64,000 nucleotides of DNA from Bugula neritina. Taxonomy: Eukaryota; Animalia; Bryozoa. The DNA lies in assembly GCA_964035545.1 (NCBI GenBank), contig OZ037766.1, positions 14,374,722 through 14,438,721 on the forward strand, read 5' to 3'. Below the pieces are notes generated by a model that was not told the origin of the DNA, made no database searches, and saw nothing but the letters and a program-made list of their open reading frames with translations. Positions within the stretch are counted from its first letter, which is position 1. Each line of letters begins with the position of its first letter. A program made the translations under genes and the position numbers. Shown here piece after piece: positions 11,901 to 26,801 of this stretch.

Positions 11901-14297
11901 TTTTTTTGTTCTTTAAAAACTATAAAGTCTATTTTTATTAGTCATGAGGGTGCTCACTAGGATGGCTTTGGCTTAACATTTGAAAATGAAAGGTAAAATA
12001 TTCATAAAACCACATCATCACTAAAATCTTATACAGCAACAAATTTCCCAGCCCTTTACTTATTATATCGTTAAGGGTCAGGCATGTTCAGTTTAGTCTC
12101 CATTTAAAGTTTAGCTTATTTACTTTTACCCGCATCTGCTTGAAAATAGTTTTCAGATTGGAACAGTTTTTACTATTTTTATTTCATTGATTACTTTTGA
12201 ATCAAAATAATTACCAATAGATGTGCTCATAATATATCAGATTACGTTCTGTTATGAGATTTTCCTTTGGTGTACATCTTATATACATTCAAAATAACAT
12301 ATAATGCATATTGATATACATGCATATTGATACACATGTACATACATTATAACATATACATGTATATTTTGGCTGTTATAATTGTACTATTGCCTCATGT
12401 AAGAGTTCTATATGTGTCACAAGTTTCATTAAATAGACCGAGTACATAAACTCAACTTTGCATGACACAGGAGCCCAAGTCAAAGTGTCCCCACACTGCC
12501 TTCCGCCTGGAGCTGGGACTTACAGTTTTGTGCCGACTTCCTATCCCTGTTTCGTAATCCTCTCTTTGAGTTGGGACTTCTGCAACAGGCGGGCTCATTC
12601 CAAGCCACTCACCAAACTCACCAAAAAGTGTTGAGGCCAAATTTCAGTCCTAGCCAGGTATTTCAATGCAGAATGTAGTTTATTATACCTGATTCTAGTA
12701 CGTTATAGAATACATAACATTATAACATTTTGTAGTAAATGACCTGTTGTACTCTGTTTATGCTTCAAATTTTAGTTGTTAATAAGCTACTTAGAGTAGG
12801 CACTACTAATCAATGTGATGAGCCAGTGTAATTTTAAATTGTTAAAACTATTGTTAGGAAAGTAACTGCTAGCGTTTAAGTAATGTCAACCCTGCCAACT
12901 CTTCAAGACTCGAATGGGTATATTTTTCAAGTATATATCAACTTTTTACTTGTCACCTATCCCTGATGTGCACATGCAACGTTGTAATTTAAGATGTAGT
13001 TTATTTTAAACTATGTTATACAAGCATTACTCAGCCCACCTCATGAATCAATTTCTAGTTTGTCATGAACGTCAAGCAGTCTAAAGTGTTAACAGTAGGT
13101 TTTCTTATGGGTCATATTACTTAATTTAGTACACACTGGATTTCTTCAGTTTTTAGCTATTTTTTACAGTTTAGCTGGTAATGAACATGACTTTTTGCTC
13201 AAAACTAGTAAAGCACCAATAATTACACCTAAATAATCAAAGTTCTTTTTAATTTTGCTTCATTTCCCATGTTTTTTCCTAATTATTTAGCTAAATAAAT
13301 AAGAGAAGACATGGAAAATTAAGCAAAATTAAGAATAACCTTAATTATTTTGGTGTATTTAATGGTGTTTTACTATTTTTGGATAAAAACCCATGTTTAT
13401 TAGCAGTTAAATGGTAAAAAATTGCTAAAAACTGGAGATTTCTGGTGTGTACTAAATTAAGTAAAATGACCCTTATTTGCTAATTAAATTTGTTCATGTA
13501 TTTAGAATAATTGCAATGAAAATTGTATTTTCTTGTCTTAGATGAATAGAAAATGTTAAATAGGTTCTTCAGTTAAACTTTATTGCAAAGCATCTATAAT
13601 TGGCTGTTGGCATATTAACATACAGTATAATAACAGAAATATATAACGGAAATAAATGTTTTAGATCGATGTCTGGATTGGTTTCTTCTATAGAAACTCT
13701 TCGTCCATGCAGATTGTGAATGGTGGTAAACCAGCTGAGTACTTTCAGCAATGCCTGATTGTTGAAGAGATTACAGGTAAAAAATTAGGCGATACGTTAC
13801 AAGACTTTTGCATCTAGGTGTCAAAAGTTTTTGTATCATTTTTTTAAATTTTGGTATCTCGCATAAACCAGTCAATGAGAAAGCATGCTGGGCTCACTTT
13901 TATGTGAATAAATTTGGCATGCACTGGTTTAAAAGAAACAATAATTATCATGTAGTACTAAACTCAGTGTCCATACCCAACTGATGATGTAGTCTTGAGT
14001 AGGCCCATCTTTATATTCTGATAGTCACTCCTACTCACCAATACCTGTTTCTTAGAGTTGCAGAATAAAATTGCCAAGTTGAAGCAAGGCAGAGCGAGAG
14101 CAAGTGGACTCTATTTTAATGCTCACAACCCAAATGGTGGTGCTATGATGGCCAAGCTCAAATCTTCCTACATAACTTCAACATTCCCGTTCAATAATAG
14201 TATTAATAGGAATCTATCAGACATATCACTCTGTACTCTACTTGACAAAAGTTTAGTGCTGTCAGGTGATGTAGATGATGAAGAATGTGTAGTTTGA
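5973..14297 (+). CDS. Myotubularin-related pseudophosphatase, MTMR10/11/12 subfamily (14 coding exons)
   Basis: Phase-consistent exons 5973-6095, 6370-6549, 6806-6961, 7208-7264, 7378-7619, 7966-8047, 8937-9019, 9428-9573, 10681-10830, 11121-11290, 11696-11880, 12437-12657, 13665-13776, 14056-14297. PH-GRAM (GNLYCTNFRLSF), WRVTSVN, WVAAGHPFCER, PVFLLFLDCVYQL..QFPSMFEF. The catalytic CSDGWDRT loop is replaced by REEGHADFTC. Confidence 0.9.
13109..13472. mobile_element. Fold-back MITE-like element (about 364-bp imperfect palindrome) in an MTMR intron
   Basis: GGGTCATATTACTTAATTTAGTACACAC at the left pairs with GTGTGTACTAAATTAAGTAAAATGACCC at the right; imperfect complementarity continues to a centre near 13290 (TTATTTAGCTAAATAA); TA-containing flanks. 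Confidence 0.75.
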
Positions 14298-15169
14298 ATC
14301 ATTAATTTTTATGAAATTAGCATGCCCAGTACTTAATTTTAGGAAAGATACAAAACTCCATGATATTGTATTTTTCAAATATAATATTTATTTTTTCATA
14401 TTTAAATTCTTAGCTAACATAATGTTAGAGCTGCATATTAAATAAAAGTGCAAGACATATAATTTTGCAAGCATATTGACCTAAATTTAATAATTTTTCA
14501 CAAGTTGAAATTTTATTTTCATTAATACTCTAATTTATTGCTTGATATTGTCAATTTGTTTTTTCCTCAAAATTCTAATTTCATTTTTTAAAATTCATAA
14601 CAGATATAAATTTAATAATTGTTTAATGACATAAACCAGTTTCGTAAATGCACTGCCTTTCACACTACGGATGGTAAATATTGTTCATTTTTTGAAGTTT
14701 TATATGACATTTTTTAACACAACATTTATTAATGAATAATAGCATTTTGATCTAATAAAATATCTATTTTCACATATAAACAGCTAGTTTCTAATATTTA
14801 GTCACTACAAAACTTTCTAGAGTAGATGTTTCCTTATAACTTATAAAAATCATAATATTACAGTATTACAGAAATTTTACAAATGTACAGATAAACCTTT
14901 CCAATATCAACTATATTTTTTACTAAAATAGTAACTTGGGGGATAAAGCAGTGGAGTGGATAGCCAATATACATAATGTGGTAAAGAGTAGCACATATGG
15001 TGTACAAAAACAGGCCTATATTAGTCTTTGTCGATATTGGGAATAGCGAATTGATGTCATGTAATGGTCATAATACTAAGCAGTCGCCAAGGTTTACAGT
15101 GAAGTAAACTATTACTCCTTACTATTACAGTGTGGTTCCTAACAGCCAATGGACAATTTCTCTTGATGT

Positions 15170-18100
15170 TTACCAAGTAGTTGCTGCTAATCTTCTCATT
15201 CTCCTACAAAAACACATATTTAGCTAAACTAACAATAATTTGGTAAGGTATGAAGCATCTGTAGTCTAATGGATAGCCAGTTTACTCAGAATATCCAAAC
15301 CAGATGTTTAGAAATGGGACAGAAAAGGGTACACCAAAATTAAAAATTATGAGTTACGGTTATTAACCAAATGTATTTGGAACTTTGATAACTCAATTAG
15401 AAGTGGCTAGAATATAAACTTTGGATATCAACCAGGCTAACAGCATACCTTGTATTTCTGTCCTGGTCTCTGATCTTTTTTTCGATCTCTGCATCAGTAA
15501 GTGTTTCTAAGAACGGACACCAATTATCCGCCTCGCTTTGATTCCTTAATGCCACTTCCACAGTTGGCAAAGGTGTCTCACTAAAGATTTCAACTTATAT
15601 AATTAAGAACAAGCAAAGTTCATCCATGCTACCCTGTTCAACAACGCAAATAAAGAATATTGTATAAAAGTGCTTTTGCAGGTCATGATTAGATGTCAAA
15701 TGAGTTTTTATAAATCAACATAAACTTTTTTTGCAACCTAAATGTATAATATATTGTAAATTATTGTTCTAGAAACTTTAGGATATCTTTAGAGAAATAA
15801 TTTAGGATTGGTGACAAAAGCTAATAACCAGCAGTTAATAGAGTAATGAGTAATGCTGACCTGAATGCATACATACGTCTGTGCCAACTAAGCTGCCCTC
15901 TAATACTATACGCCACTGCTGACATAAATTCACCTCCTAAACCTTTAAATAAATCACAACACAGTGGCTAACTTATGAGATATAAGTCTCATAAAAAATA
16001 ATCTCTACTCAATTAGTGAAAAAAAGAAGTAAAATTTAAAAAAAAATTGGTTGGTTATAGAAATTGCACCAAGATTACAAAATACGTGTATACATCATCA
16101 GAAAACAATACTACGACTACAATACTCAATAAAAACTCATTCTTCAGAATAATACAACAATCCTTATATAAATGGTATTTCAACACTCTAAATGACTATT
16201 GTACATCATAAAATCAGATAAAGAAAGGAAAAAGAGCTCTGTAGTGTGTCTAACACACTTACCTAAGTCAGCACAAAGAGTTCTAGCAAATGATTCTGGA
16301 TTATTTTGAGGCTCAGACATATCCCACTCAAACTGGTCCACTAGAGATATGTTTCCCACGTGTATATTCAACTACAGGCAATAAGAACATATTATTGGGT
16401 CTAAATCAGCATGAAACTAGTAGGCAAACAGTACACATAGAAGAAGAACTAGAAACTGCTTTACTATTCAACTATCCAGTATATGTCAAAGTCAACCATC
16501 TAAATTGACTGACTGAACATATTTTAACTGTGTGCTCCATGAATTCTTCTGCACATGCCATCGCACAAACAAACAAAACATTGGCTCAACTTCCACATAA
16601 GAATTTGTGCCAAGTAGCAAAAACCTGATTCAATTGGTAAAAATATTAGTCTACTGGCCTTACTTTAATAATGACTCGTTGGTCGGTGCAGCTAGGATCT
16701 GGCTCCGCACAGGAGTTAGCTTCCAGCTGCTGTTTAATAGCACCCGCTATAGCAGGAACAAAGTGGATAGGATTCAAGTCTAAGTCATCACACAAGATCT
16801 CACCAAACTGCTCAGGGCTTATTAGCTGTTCTGTGAATGTAGAAGAATAATATTGTCACGTATAAATTTACAATTTTCTAACTTGATCATTGAGACAGTT
16901 GAAAAAAATTTAAAAAAACATAAAGAATCTAACCATTTCGATTCCATACAAAGCAGTCTCTCAATTTCTGACCATCAAACTCCATATCTAGTCGTATAGG
17001 AACAAGATCTTCTGGCTGCTCAGCATTCATGAGTATGGCATCGGCATCCATATCGTCATAGCTAAGCATACAATACAGCATTAATCATTCAGCACAAAAT
17101 AACTTTTAGGTTTTATTTTCTGAAAATGTTATAGCAAATTAGATGATAATATTAATAGCTAGAAATATGTATTTTGTTATTAACAAATTATGTAAAATCT
17201 GGTAAAAATAGTATCAAAAATATCTCACCAGAGTGGCCATGTTTTAATCTTTGTCCTGCCCATTCTGTTTTTGTTGATTGGTGTAGAGCAAGGTACGGCA
17301 TCCAAGTGTTGAGATGTATTTGGCAGTGCAGTACTAGTCCAGGGTTGTGCAGCCCCTCGACTTCTAGTTTTACTTTCTCTACAACATAATCACAGTAACA
17401 AAATCACACACCAAATAATGTATCAGCTTGAAATTACAATACCAATCACATACATGATACTAGTACTAGGCAATATACAGCTAACGTTGCATCAGATATG
17501 CTTCGCGGGGTTTTTAGAAAAGAGAAGACCAGAGTAGCCCATGTAAGAAGCCTTGCCTTCATCTAAACTATTACTTTGTTATTTTACTAATTGATCGACA
17601 GCAAAAGAGCAAGTATTTTTATATTACATGCATCTTAATTCAACGCCACAATCATGGCTACCAAGAAAGACTTGAAAGAAAGCGCAATTCATGCTTCATA
17701 AACAAATAAAACTTTATGAAACTATCTTATGTAAACTTTATGTTTTCAAAAGGAGCCATGACATTGTGGACTAAAACAGTTATTTAAAATCTATAAAGTC
17801 CTATCTCACTTGACCTCTAGAAACAGATACAAATGTAGACCACCTAGGAGTAGCTGAGGCAGAGTCAGACGCTGTGGAAACAGCATTTCCTCTTAAATGC
17901 CCCGCATTGCCGCTGAGTATGTCATCAATATCACTTTTCTTGACAATAGATATGTGAGTTGCCAAAGTGTGTTGGCCATATCCTACAACACAGTAGGTAG
18001 TATATATTTAAACAAACCTGCTCGAGAAATAAATAATTCATTGCTTTGTGAGATCTAAATGCTAAATGTTATAAAAATACATTTTACATTGAAGGTTTAC

Positions 18101-18620
18101 TAAAACAGAGTAGTAGGTGGCATTCAAGTAGCAGGAGGAGTTTCACCGTGGTTTTGCATGGGTCAAGTGTCAGATGTTGACAAACTAACCAAGCAAAGCA
18201 AGTCTAACACTTAAGATAACAGACTAATAAATTACCAAGCTCAGCCATTTGTTTCCGTTCTTCTGAAGAAATCATCCGTCTCCATATTAAAGGATACTTC
18301 TTATAAAGAGCTCCTTTGAATAATCGAAGATAGGCTCCGGCCTAAACACATATTTAGGCATAATTTTGCAGTTTATAATACTATAAGTGAAAATAAGTGT
18401 GTTGAAGCATGACAACCAAGGCTATATAATAACAGACATATTGATACAATAAGTCAATAAAATAACTATAATAGAGCAGATTGATACATCGAAATACCTC
18501 AGAGCCAATATAGTATTCTATTCCATCAGCTGTGAGCTTCACAATCTTTGGTTTTTCTCCATAAGTTGATACCGGAGTAGAAGATCGAGGTTTAGTCGAA
18601 TCTTCTGTAGGCTCAGCCAT
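15170..18620 (-). CDS. SMARCB1: SWI/SNF subunit SNF5/INI1 (multi-exon)
   Basis: Exons encode [107 protein letters not shown]-stop (TAA at 15172-15170). Confidence 0.96.
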
Positions 18621-21282
18621 CTATAAATCTAGTTATATTAAAAGATAAGACAATTAGACTAATGTCTATTTACTTGATAATCATTTCACACTATGATATT
18701 AATCACACACAATAGATCTATAATTTTGATTAGAATGATAGTAAATTCACTCTATTTGAATTTAATGAAGTTTTGATAAAAAATTTAATATGTTTAAATT
18801 TACAATTTAGCTAATTCACACCATTTTGAACCTACTGATTACTATTTTAGTTGTTGTAACTAATTATTATTATTATTATTATTATTATTGTAGCAACTCT
18901 GAAAACTTTATAAATTTTTAATCCCTAGAAATTTAGCACTTTAAATTGTAATAATTGGTCTGTGACAGTAAGGTAATTCGCAACTTGCTGTTTTAATGAG
19001 TTCGGTTAAATGCCTTAAAATAAATTAAGACAATTCCTAATAGCCTGATTACCACACTGTTGCCTGTTGAGTTTTTCATGATTTTGACTTTAGGTTCGAT
19101 TTCAAGTGAATTTTTACAAGTTGCCAACTTTTATGACCTATATGTGAATTTTTTAAAGGAAGCCAAAACATTCTAGGAGTCAGTTTAATCTCTTGCCTGG
19201 CCAAGTTTGCTACTCATATTATAGCTAAGACACAGAGTGCTAGCAATGGTTAAAATTGTCGCTTTTATTAGACAGCATTAGCAACCAACAGATACTTGTT
19301 GAGGCCTTCATTATATTATTTTTTTTTATAAAAACAACACAATAACAAACAACAGCATATTATTTAAATGCCTACACTTATTTTGGGTAAAAATAGAAAC
19401 AAAAAAGAGACTAAAAAAACAATATTTTGATGCTTTTTAACACAAGTGTTGCTATGCTCCCAGTAAATTTGAAAGCATATAACAGAAAAATATAGCTACT
19501 TGTTCACTATTTAAATGTAGAAAAACAATCTGAGCCTTAGCCTCACTGATACTTTCACACAAATTTCTTCAGTAGAGTAAATAGCTCAATTCTATTTGTT
19601 TAGCGTCTTAAACATGCTTTTGGATAACATGATAATATAACAATAGCCATAATGAGTTAACTATTGTTTTTATCTCTAAATAAATAAATACAATTAACAA
19701 TAATAATCCTTAAACTTGATATAGTTGTAAGCAACATCAAAAGTTAAAAATAAAAGAAAATTCTCAAGATAAATTAATAAAGCTAAACATTAGGTTAGTG
19801 CTACTGTTAGCATTAGTTAGTAAGTAACTAATATTAATAAATAAATAAGCAATAGTAAAAATAAAAATAATACATTACCATTACAGATTACTTATCTTAC
19901 TTAATACATTTATCATTACTTATTAAGTAAGAGTTTAACATTGACATTCAGTATCACTATGACTATCATTATGAGTATGAGTATATATTTATATTATTAT
20001 AATAACATTATATAGTTATATATTATATTGACTGTATTACTATTAGTATTAAAGTATGAGTATTGTAATTATTCATAACTTATACATCATGTTATTGTTA
20101 GTATTACCATTACTATTAGTATTAGTGTAACAATGATATTCATTTTTATTATGATATTGATTATCATTATTCATTATGATCATGATCACATCATGATTGT
20201 TATTAAATTCAATATCATATCATAATTATAATATTAACCGTTTCAATTTAGACTATCATCATGATTATGTGAATTTAATAAATATAATGAATATTGAATT
20301 ACTATTACTATTAGTATTAGTATAACTATTACAGTAAAACTACTACTGTATTAGTAATACTAATAGTATTACTAGTCTTAGAATAAAAATCTCAATGGAT
20401 CAAATTCAATATCAATATGATTATGAGATTGAGTATCAGTATGAGTATGATATTGAATTATTGATATTCATTTTCATATTGAATACTTTTTTAATTTATT
20501 CTTGTCATCACGATTATTATTATTATATAACTGATCAGTACAATAGTAATAGTATTTAATGCTAAAGATGCTTTTTAGGTTTAAAAGTATACCTATGGGC
20601 TATCACTCTATGGCTATAGTATTATTTAATTTTTATTTTGTAACAGTTGAAGGACTTGGTTTACATTTTACAAAAAGAAAGTCAAATAATGGTAACGCTT
20701 ATAATACTCGCTAAGTGAAGAAGTGATAATTTCTCCTTTAAAACATTCGATCATATGTTATGTACTTGATACACGAAAGCCGTAAACTGAAGGCGCGAGT
20801 TTTTCCTCGCATATGTTCTTTTCATCTGAATTGAGAGCCCATTTATGAACGCGACTATGTCATTATAATCATCTGTGATTGGTCAGTGTATAGATATTAT
20901 TTTCGTGAAATAAAGACTGAAGTCATATTGATGGTGTGTTGAAATTGACTCGTTTTGTTCTATCTAAATTCTAAAATATTTAAACTTGAGGCTACATCAC
21001 GAATAGTACATGGTAATTTTTAGTCAGTCAGAGTCTCTCAGTTATTACTTGTCCTAAATTTAATAGGAATAGTATTCCTAATACTAATAGTAGTTGACGT
21101 ACTTCGCTACTCCGGTACTCGGCACTCGCCGTGATAATTAATTTCAATTTCATTTTAGTAACCACAGGTACACCACTACAGTCACCGTCAGACTTTGTGA
21201 GTCACCACTACAGCTACCAGTATCAGCTTGACTTGAGATCAATATAAACAGTATAGCTGATACTCATACTGATATTATTAAT

Positions 21283-22514
21283 ATGTCGCTTTCAACAATT
21301 CCAAAAGACTTGAGAAGATTACGAGCCTGTTTACTTTGCTCTCTGGTGAAGGTAATTTTTATTGTAAAATAAAAATTGCCATTTCTCAGTAGCATTGTCA
21401 TAGGTCGAACTCAGAATCAGACATTCACATTGTAATTGTGATTATAGTAATAGTTTATTATTAGATTATTATTGTTGATTTATATTATGTTTTACTTTTT
21501 ACTTGTACTACTTCAAGTATTACTACAAGTAGTACTTGTAGTTGTAGTAATACTAATCTAATACTGATACTGATGGTGATACTGATAGTAGTACTATGTT
21601 TAGATTTTCTTAAAGAAAATAAACTTTTTAGTTGCATCAAACATGTTTAACTTTAAATTTAGTTATATTTATTGCATTTATTTAGTGGACATGCATATTC
21701 TTGTTTCAGACAGTGGATCAGTTTGAAATGGATGGATGTGATAATTGTGAGAAGTATCTTAATATGAAGAATCGCATAGATTCTGTGGATGAATACACTA
21801 GTCAAAATTTTGATGGGTTGGTTTTTTGCCTGATTTTGTCTATTTAATTATTTCGTATGTTATCATAAGTATGTCTATAATACAAATGTTGAAACCTAAA
21901 ATTAACAACTGATATTCTTGCAATTCATTTAACCTGGAATATTATTGTAAACATTTTTAAAAAATATGTTGATGCTCTGTGAAAAAAATTCAGTAATATT
22001 AGTGAACAATACTTTTATTGTAGGATGACAGCATTGATGAGCCCAGATGATAGCTGGGTGGCCAAATGGCAGCGAATAAGTAAGTGATGGGATAAATTAT
22101 TGAAAAATTTACTGTATAACAACTTTTTATGTTGTTAGAAAGTGTGAGGGTTACTGATTTTAGCTAATATTGTGTTTTGCACTATGCAAAAATAATATAA
22201 TCTACGATGTAGTAAGAAGAGAAAATTCAAAAACTGATTCAACCTTACATATACCTGTCATTTTATACCTTGGGTGAAATTATGAAAATACAAACTTTTT
22301 ATCAATATGAAAATGAGTTTTCCCAAGTTTTTTTTTATAACTGTTCTGCTTACCATTATATAGCTTAATGTATATCCATTATATAATTTCAGATAGATGT
22401 GTACCAGGTGTCTATGCTCTTTCTGTGTCTGGCAAGCTATCGACCAGTATGGTTAGAGAACTGAGGTCAAAAGGTGTTACATATCGGTCTAGAGACACAA
22501 GTCAAAAGAGCTGA
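21283..22514 (+). CDS. SUPT4H1: Transcription elongation factor Spt4 (4 exons; not in ORF track)
   Basis: Exons 21283-21351, 21710-21816, 22024-22079, 22393-22514 give [37 protein letters not shown]...[38 protein letters not shown]...[10 protein letters not shown]. Confidence 0.96.
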
Positions 22515-22981
22515 TGTATTTATTGAATTTATTTCAAATATTCATACATAATTAGTGTGCAACTTCAGATTTTTTGTTATTTTGTCAAGTCCTGTTAACT
22601 TTCACAATGATACACCTCTACTCGTTTATACAAGTCTTGTAATTTCACTAAGTGCTAAATTCCTAAATTTCAGCAGGTGTTGAACATGAATATTTTATTA
22701 CAGAAAAAATTGAATTGTAAGTCAACAATACTTTTTGAAAGATTCTGTATTCAATTCAAAATAAATAACTTCAGGATCGAAAATAAAGTATGTACATAAA
22801 GGAAATCGAAAATCATTGTATGAAATAACACTATAACAGTAATTTTATATTATATTCATGTATATAAACAAACAACATAATGTATTTTTATCTATTCCAG
22901 TGAGAGGAAAATTCCTAGTTAGCAATCACAGTAATAAGTGAACAAGTTTCAGCTTTGTCAACTGTTATCAGATTATGGAAT

Positions 22982-25900
22982 TCACCAAATGAATCCTAGT
23001 CTCTTATTGGTTGGTACTTCTCCATAAATATCCTGCTTTGTCTGTTCTGTTTGCCCATTCTTCCATGTTGGCAGCTGAGTGCCATCTACGTCCTTTGCCA
23101 TGTAGCTTGGCCGAATTCCTCCCTTGCCTGCAAATTTCAAATACTTGTTACATACTTTAAATACATACATTACTTACATAAAAATACAAACGCATACTTT
23201 TCATGTAAGGTGTGTACAGTTTCCAACTTTTTGTCTCATAATTTTTATATTGAAAGGCTGTGATTGGGCATCCTTTAATTATTCCGAGTTGTATAATGTG
23301 TGAAAATGCAAGATACACATGTTGAGCTCATCATTGTAAATTTTAACATGATTAATTATTCAATTGAACAAAAAACAGTGAAGATCTAATATTTAAAAAG
23401 AATGTGTTGCATAAGAGATGCTATTGCGATAAAGTGCCATAACACACCTTCATATACTGGACCTTGACCTCCTCCTATCCCTATCTGAGCTGCTCTCCTC
23501 AGAGGTATTGTGTTTCTACCACCCCTCTCACAATGCTCTATCACTTTACCAGCATACTCTTGAAACTGCTGCTCTTCCAAGGCCAGCAATTCCACATTCT
23601 TAGCATCTTGAGCCAGTGCCTTCTGTCTAGCTTCTTTCTCTTTTGCATATCGTTCTTCCTAGAAGTATATTAGTGTTGAATATATAATCTGTAGATAATA
23701 AGTTATTGTGAATAATCATTTTTCTATAGTTGATATTTGCTTACAGCTTGATTAACTCGAAATTGTGCAACTGTTTCTGCTTCTTGTCTACGTCTTGTCA
23801 CTTTTTGCTCTTCATTTCTTTTGAATATCTCATCTGCTTCTCTTTGCACAGCAAGTCTTTCCAGTTCAGACTTTCGTTCAGCTGCTGCTTTCAGTTCTGC
23901 ATCTTTCATCTGAAAATTTGGATTTAGTGACAAATTAATTTTAGTGTTTGCTTCAATTTGCTATAAATTTTTGATCTTTACAGTTTTCACACACATATGC
24001 ATATAAAGATAGAAATGAAACCATTGCACAGACATACCTGGCATTGGCTATACAACTAGTTAAAATTCTGATGCATTATACTGTATAATATATCGAGCTG
24101 CTAGTACATGCTATGATTGGATTCACATACCATTTGCAGGCGGTGTTGATCAGCCTCTCTCGTCATTCTCAGAGCTCTCTCAGTTCGTTCAGCATCTTCT
24201 TTAGCTTGCTTGGCTTCTGCTTCCTCAACTGCTCTCTTGATACGTTCATCCTCATTGCTTACCAATGTCTTCATTTGAGCGGCCAGTTTCTCTCTAATTC
24301 TTTCAAGATTTTTCTGCTTCTCACTGTAACACATAGCACATTTTTTCCTAGATGTTCTTATAATCTGCTAAATTTAGTAGCAAAAAATACAAACTGTTGA
24401 AATTTTTAAATTTTATTTCAACTAAAATAAACTTAAATGAGGGAGCCGGCTATGTTATAGGATTGTACTAATTGCTATGTGTTTAGTATTTTTCTAAGAC
24501 GTTATCGCAACATTTTATAATCTTTCTGGAACATAGACTTACTCATGCAGCTGTTTCTCTTTCTCCATCCTAAGTTTGACCATTTTCCTTTTAGCTGCAG
24601 CAAATATTCTACACTCATTATCCTCCTCTTCCATCTGTTGATGTTCTATTTCTAATAACTTCTGTCGATCAGCTATTTGCTTTTTATTATCTTGTCCTAA
24701 AATCAACATTAACTAAACCATAAACTTAATTTGTTATCACAGCTAATGTAGGTTATTTTAAATTGCACATAGCAAAAGGCCCACAATCCAGAGTTTTTAC
24801 TAAATATTATCCTGTGCCTCATTTAAATAAGTCCTTAGCACGCTTTAACAAAAACCCTTTCCATCAGGGGTTTCTCACAGGGATAGCGACTATAAACTTG
24901 CATGAGTTTTTTTTTATTATCTTCTAATTGCCACCTATCAATGTACAGTCTTTATAATATAGGTCTTATGATGAATTTAACTTTAAAGTTGTAATATTTG
25001 AAGTAAAAAAATGTAAAGATCTCACACAACAAAGTGAATTTATGATAATTTACCCAGCTGCAGCTTTTCTTCCATTCTAATTTGGTCCAACTTTTTCTTC
25101 TCAATTTCATATTGTATAGCCAGTTTCTTGAGCTCATCTCCTTCTTGTTTATCTACTTCATGCTCTTTGATTTTCCCTTTGAGGTGGTCTCTCACTCTAC
25201 AAAGACAATTCGGGCATGCTATTTACATTTTCTACTATAAGGTTTCTAAAAACTATATATTTACAAAAGTACTTGATATAAAATTTTACTTGAATGAGAT
25301 ATTTCTCTGTCTAAACTACTGCAGGTAATCAGCTTTTTTTACTTAACAAATATCCAGGAGTTTGTGTAGACTGTTTATTGCACATAAGCTCTATCCACCT
25401 GACACTTACTGAGCTTTAATGAAGTCTTTGTTTTGTCGTACAGCTTCCAATCTTAGCTGTGCATCCTTTTGCTCCTTGAGAATAGCTTCTTCTAGTTCTT
25501 TCTGAGTCCGCTCTATATATGCTCGATCTTGTCCCTTACTAGCAGCCAGTTTTAGCTGGTTGAATTCTACTTGAGCATCTCGTTCTTTCAAAACTTCAGT
25601 CAGTTGCAAAGCACTCTGCACAAAGAACAAAATATCCCTATTACTAGTTACCATTTATTTTGCTAAAAGTTTATATGTGATGTATAAATGTTATAATTGT
25701 TAAATGTTATTTCATTAGTCAAAAACAACATAGAACTTACATGAAAGTTTTTTACTCTATCTGTTTGATAGTACTGCTGTGTTTTTGCCTTTTCTATGGC
25801 TTCTTTTCTTTTTTGGGCCTGGAACTTGGCTTCTTCAATATCTAACTGTTTTCTTTCTTCTTCCTTTTTAGCTTCTCTAATCGCTCTAGCTTCTAACTTT

Positions 25901-26700
25901 CGCCTTCTGTTACCCTTTTATATATGTAAATAATATTTTGCTATTTCTGAATTCTAAAACCATGCTTATTTATTATCCAATCTAGTACCTTATTTACTTT
26001 TTACCTGTTTAGCACAAATTTTAATAGTTTATTAACTGAAATGAGATGCAGTTCAATTATTTATGATAATTATATAAAAACTGATGATTTGTAAGCAATT
26101 TATGATTTATCAATATGTATAAAACATTGGTGTTTTTACTTACTTCAAGTGTGTTAGGCCAATCCTTAACCATATCTTTGGATAATGCCTTTCGTGCTTC
26201 CTTTTCTTCTCTAATTGACTTAATTCTTTCTTGCTCTATTTGTCTTCGGTACAACTGTTGATTAATTCTATCCCATTCTTTGCCACTCAATACTACCATA
26301 TCCTTGATGGCATCTCGGCCTGGGATTTGTAAGTTTATTGGTGGGGCACTTACAGCTACATAAAGATATATTTAATCTCTTTATATTCAACGTAAAATTA
26401 GAAGATATTACATTAAACAGAGTGCTATCTGTGAATATTCTATTTTGTTAAGAGCTTTAAGAAATATTTTATTTACAACTAAAAGTGCGACCTATAGGCC
26501 ATTAATTTCAACTTTGCGTGATGAGTCACAACTACAGTGATATAATAAATAATTGATAGTTGGAACAAAATGAAGAGTCCAACATGATAATGACAAAGCA
26601 ATTATAATAGTTTTGTTAGTTTAGTGGTTTTTGAAACATAATTACGTTTGTCAGCTCCTTTTCTTCGTCCGTACTCAATCTTTTTTGTAGTTAAAGCCAT
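22982..26700 (-). CDS. CFAP210: Cilia- and flagella-associated coiled-coil protein CFAP210/CCDC173 (multi-exon)
   Basis: N-terminus MALTTKKIEYGRRKG; long E/K/R/Q-rich trichohyalin-plectin-like coiled coils (WPNTLE, LQLTEVLKERDAQ); C-terminus GGIRPSY...GTQLP...KRLGFIW matches my recollection of the family. Confidence 0.82.
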
Positions 26701-26786
26701 TGTAACATTTAAGTTTGAGCAAGATTTTATAGTCAATGCAGTATTCAGCTAATGTTCGTGACTTTCTATTGACTTGTAATTTCTTC

Positions 26787-26801
26787 GTCGCTAGGGGTAG
26801 C
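26787..26801 (-). promoter_or_regulatory. Possible degenerate RFX X-box upstream of CFAP210
   Basis: Minus strand GCTACCCCTAGCGAC, about 90 bp upstream of the ATG of a ciliary gene; one good half-site only. Confidence 0.3.
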
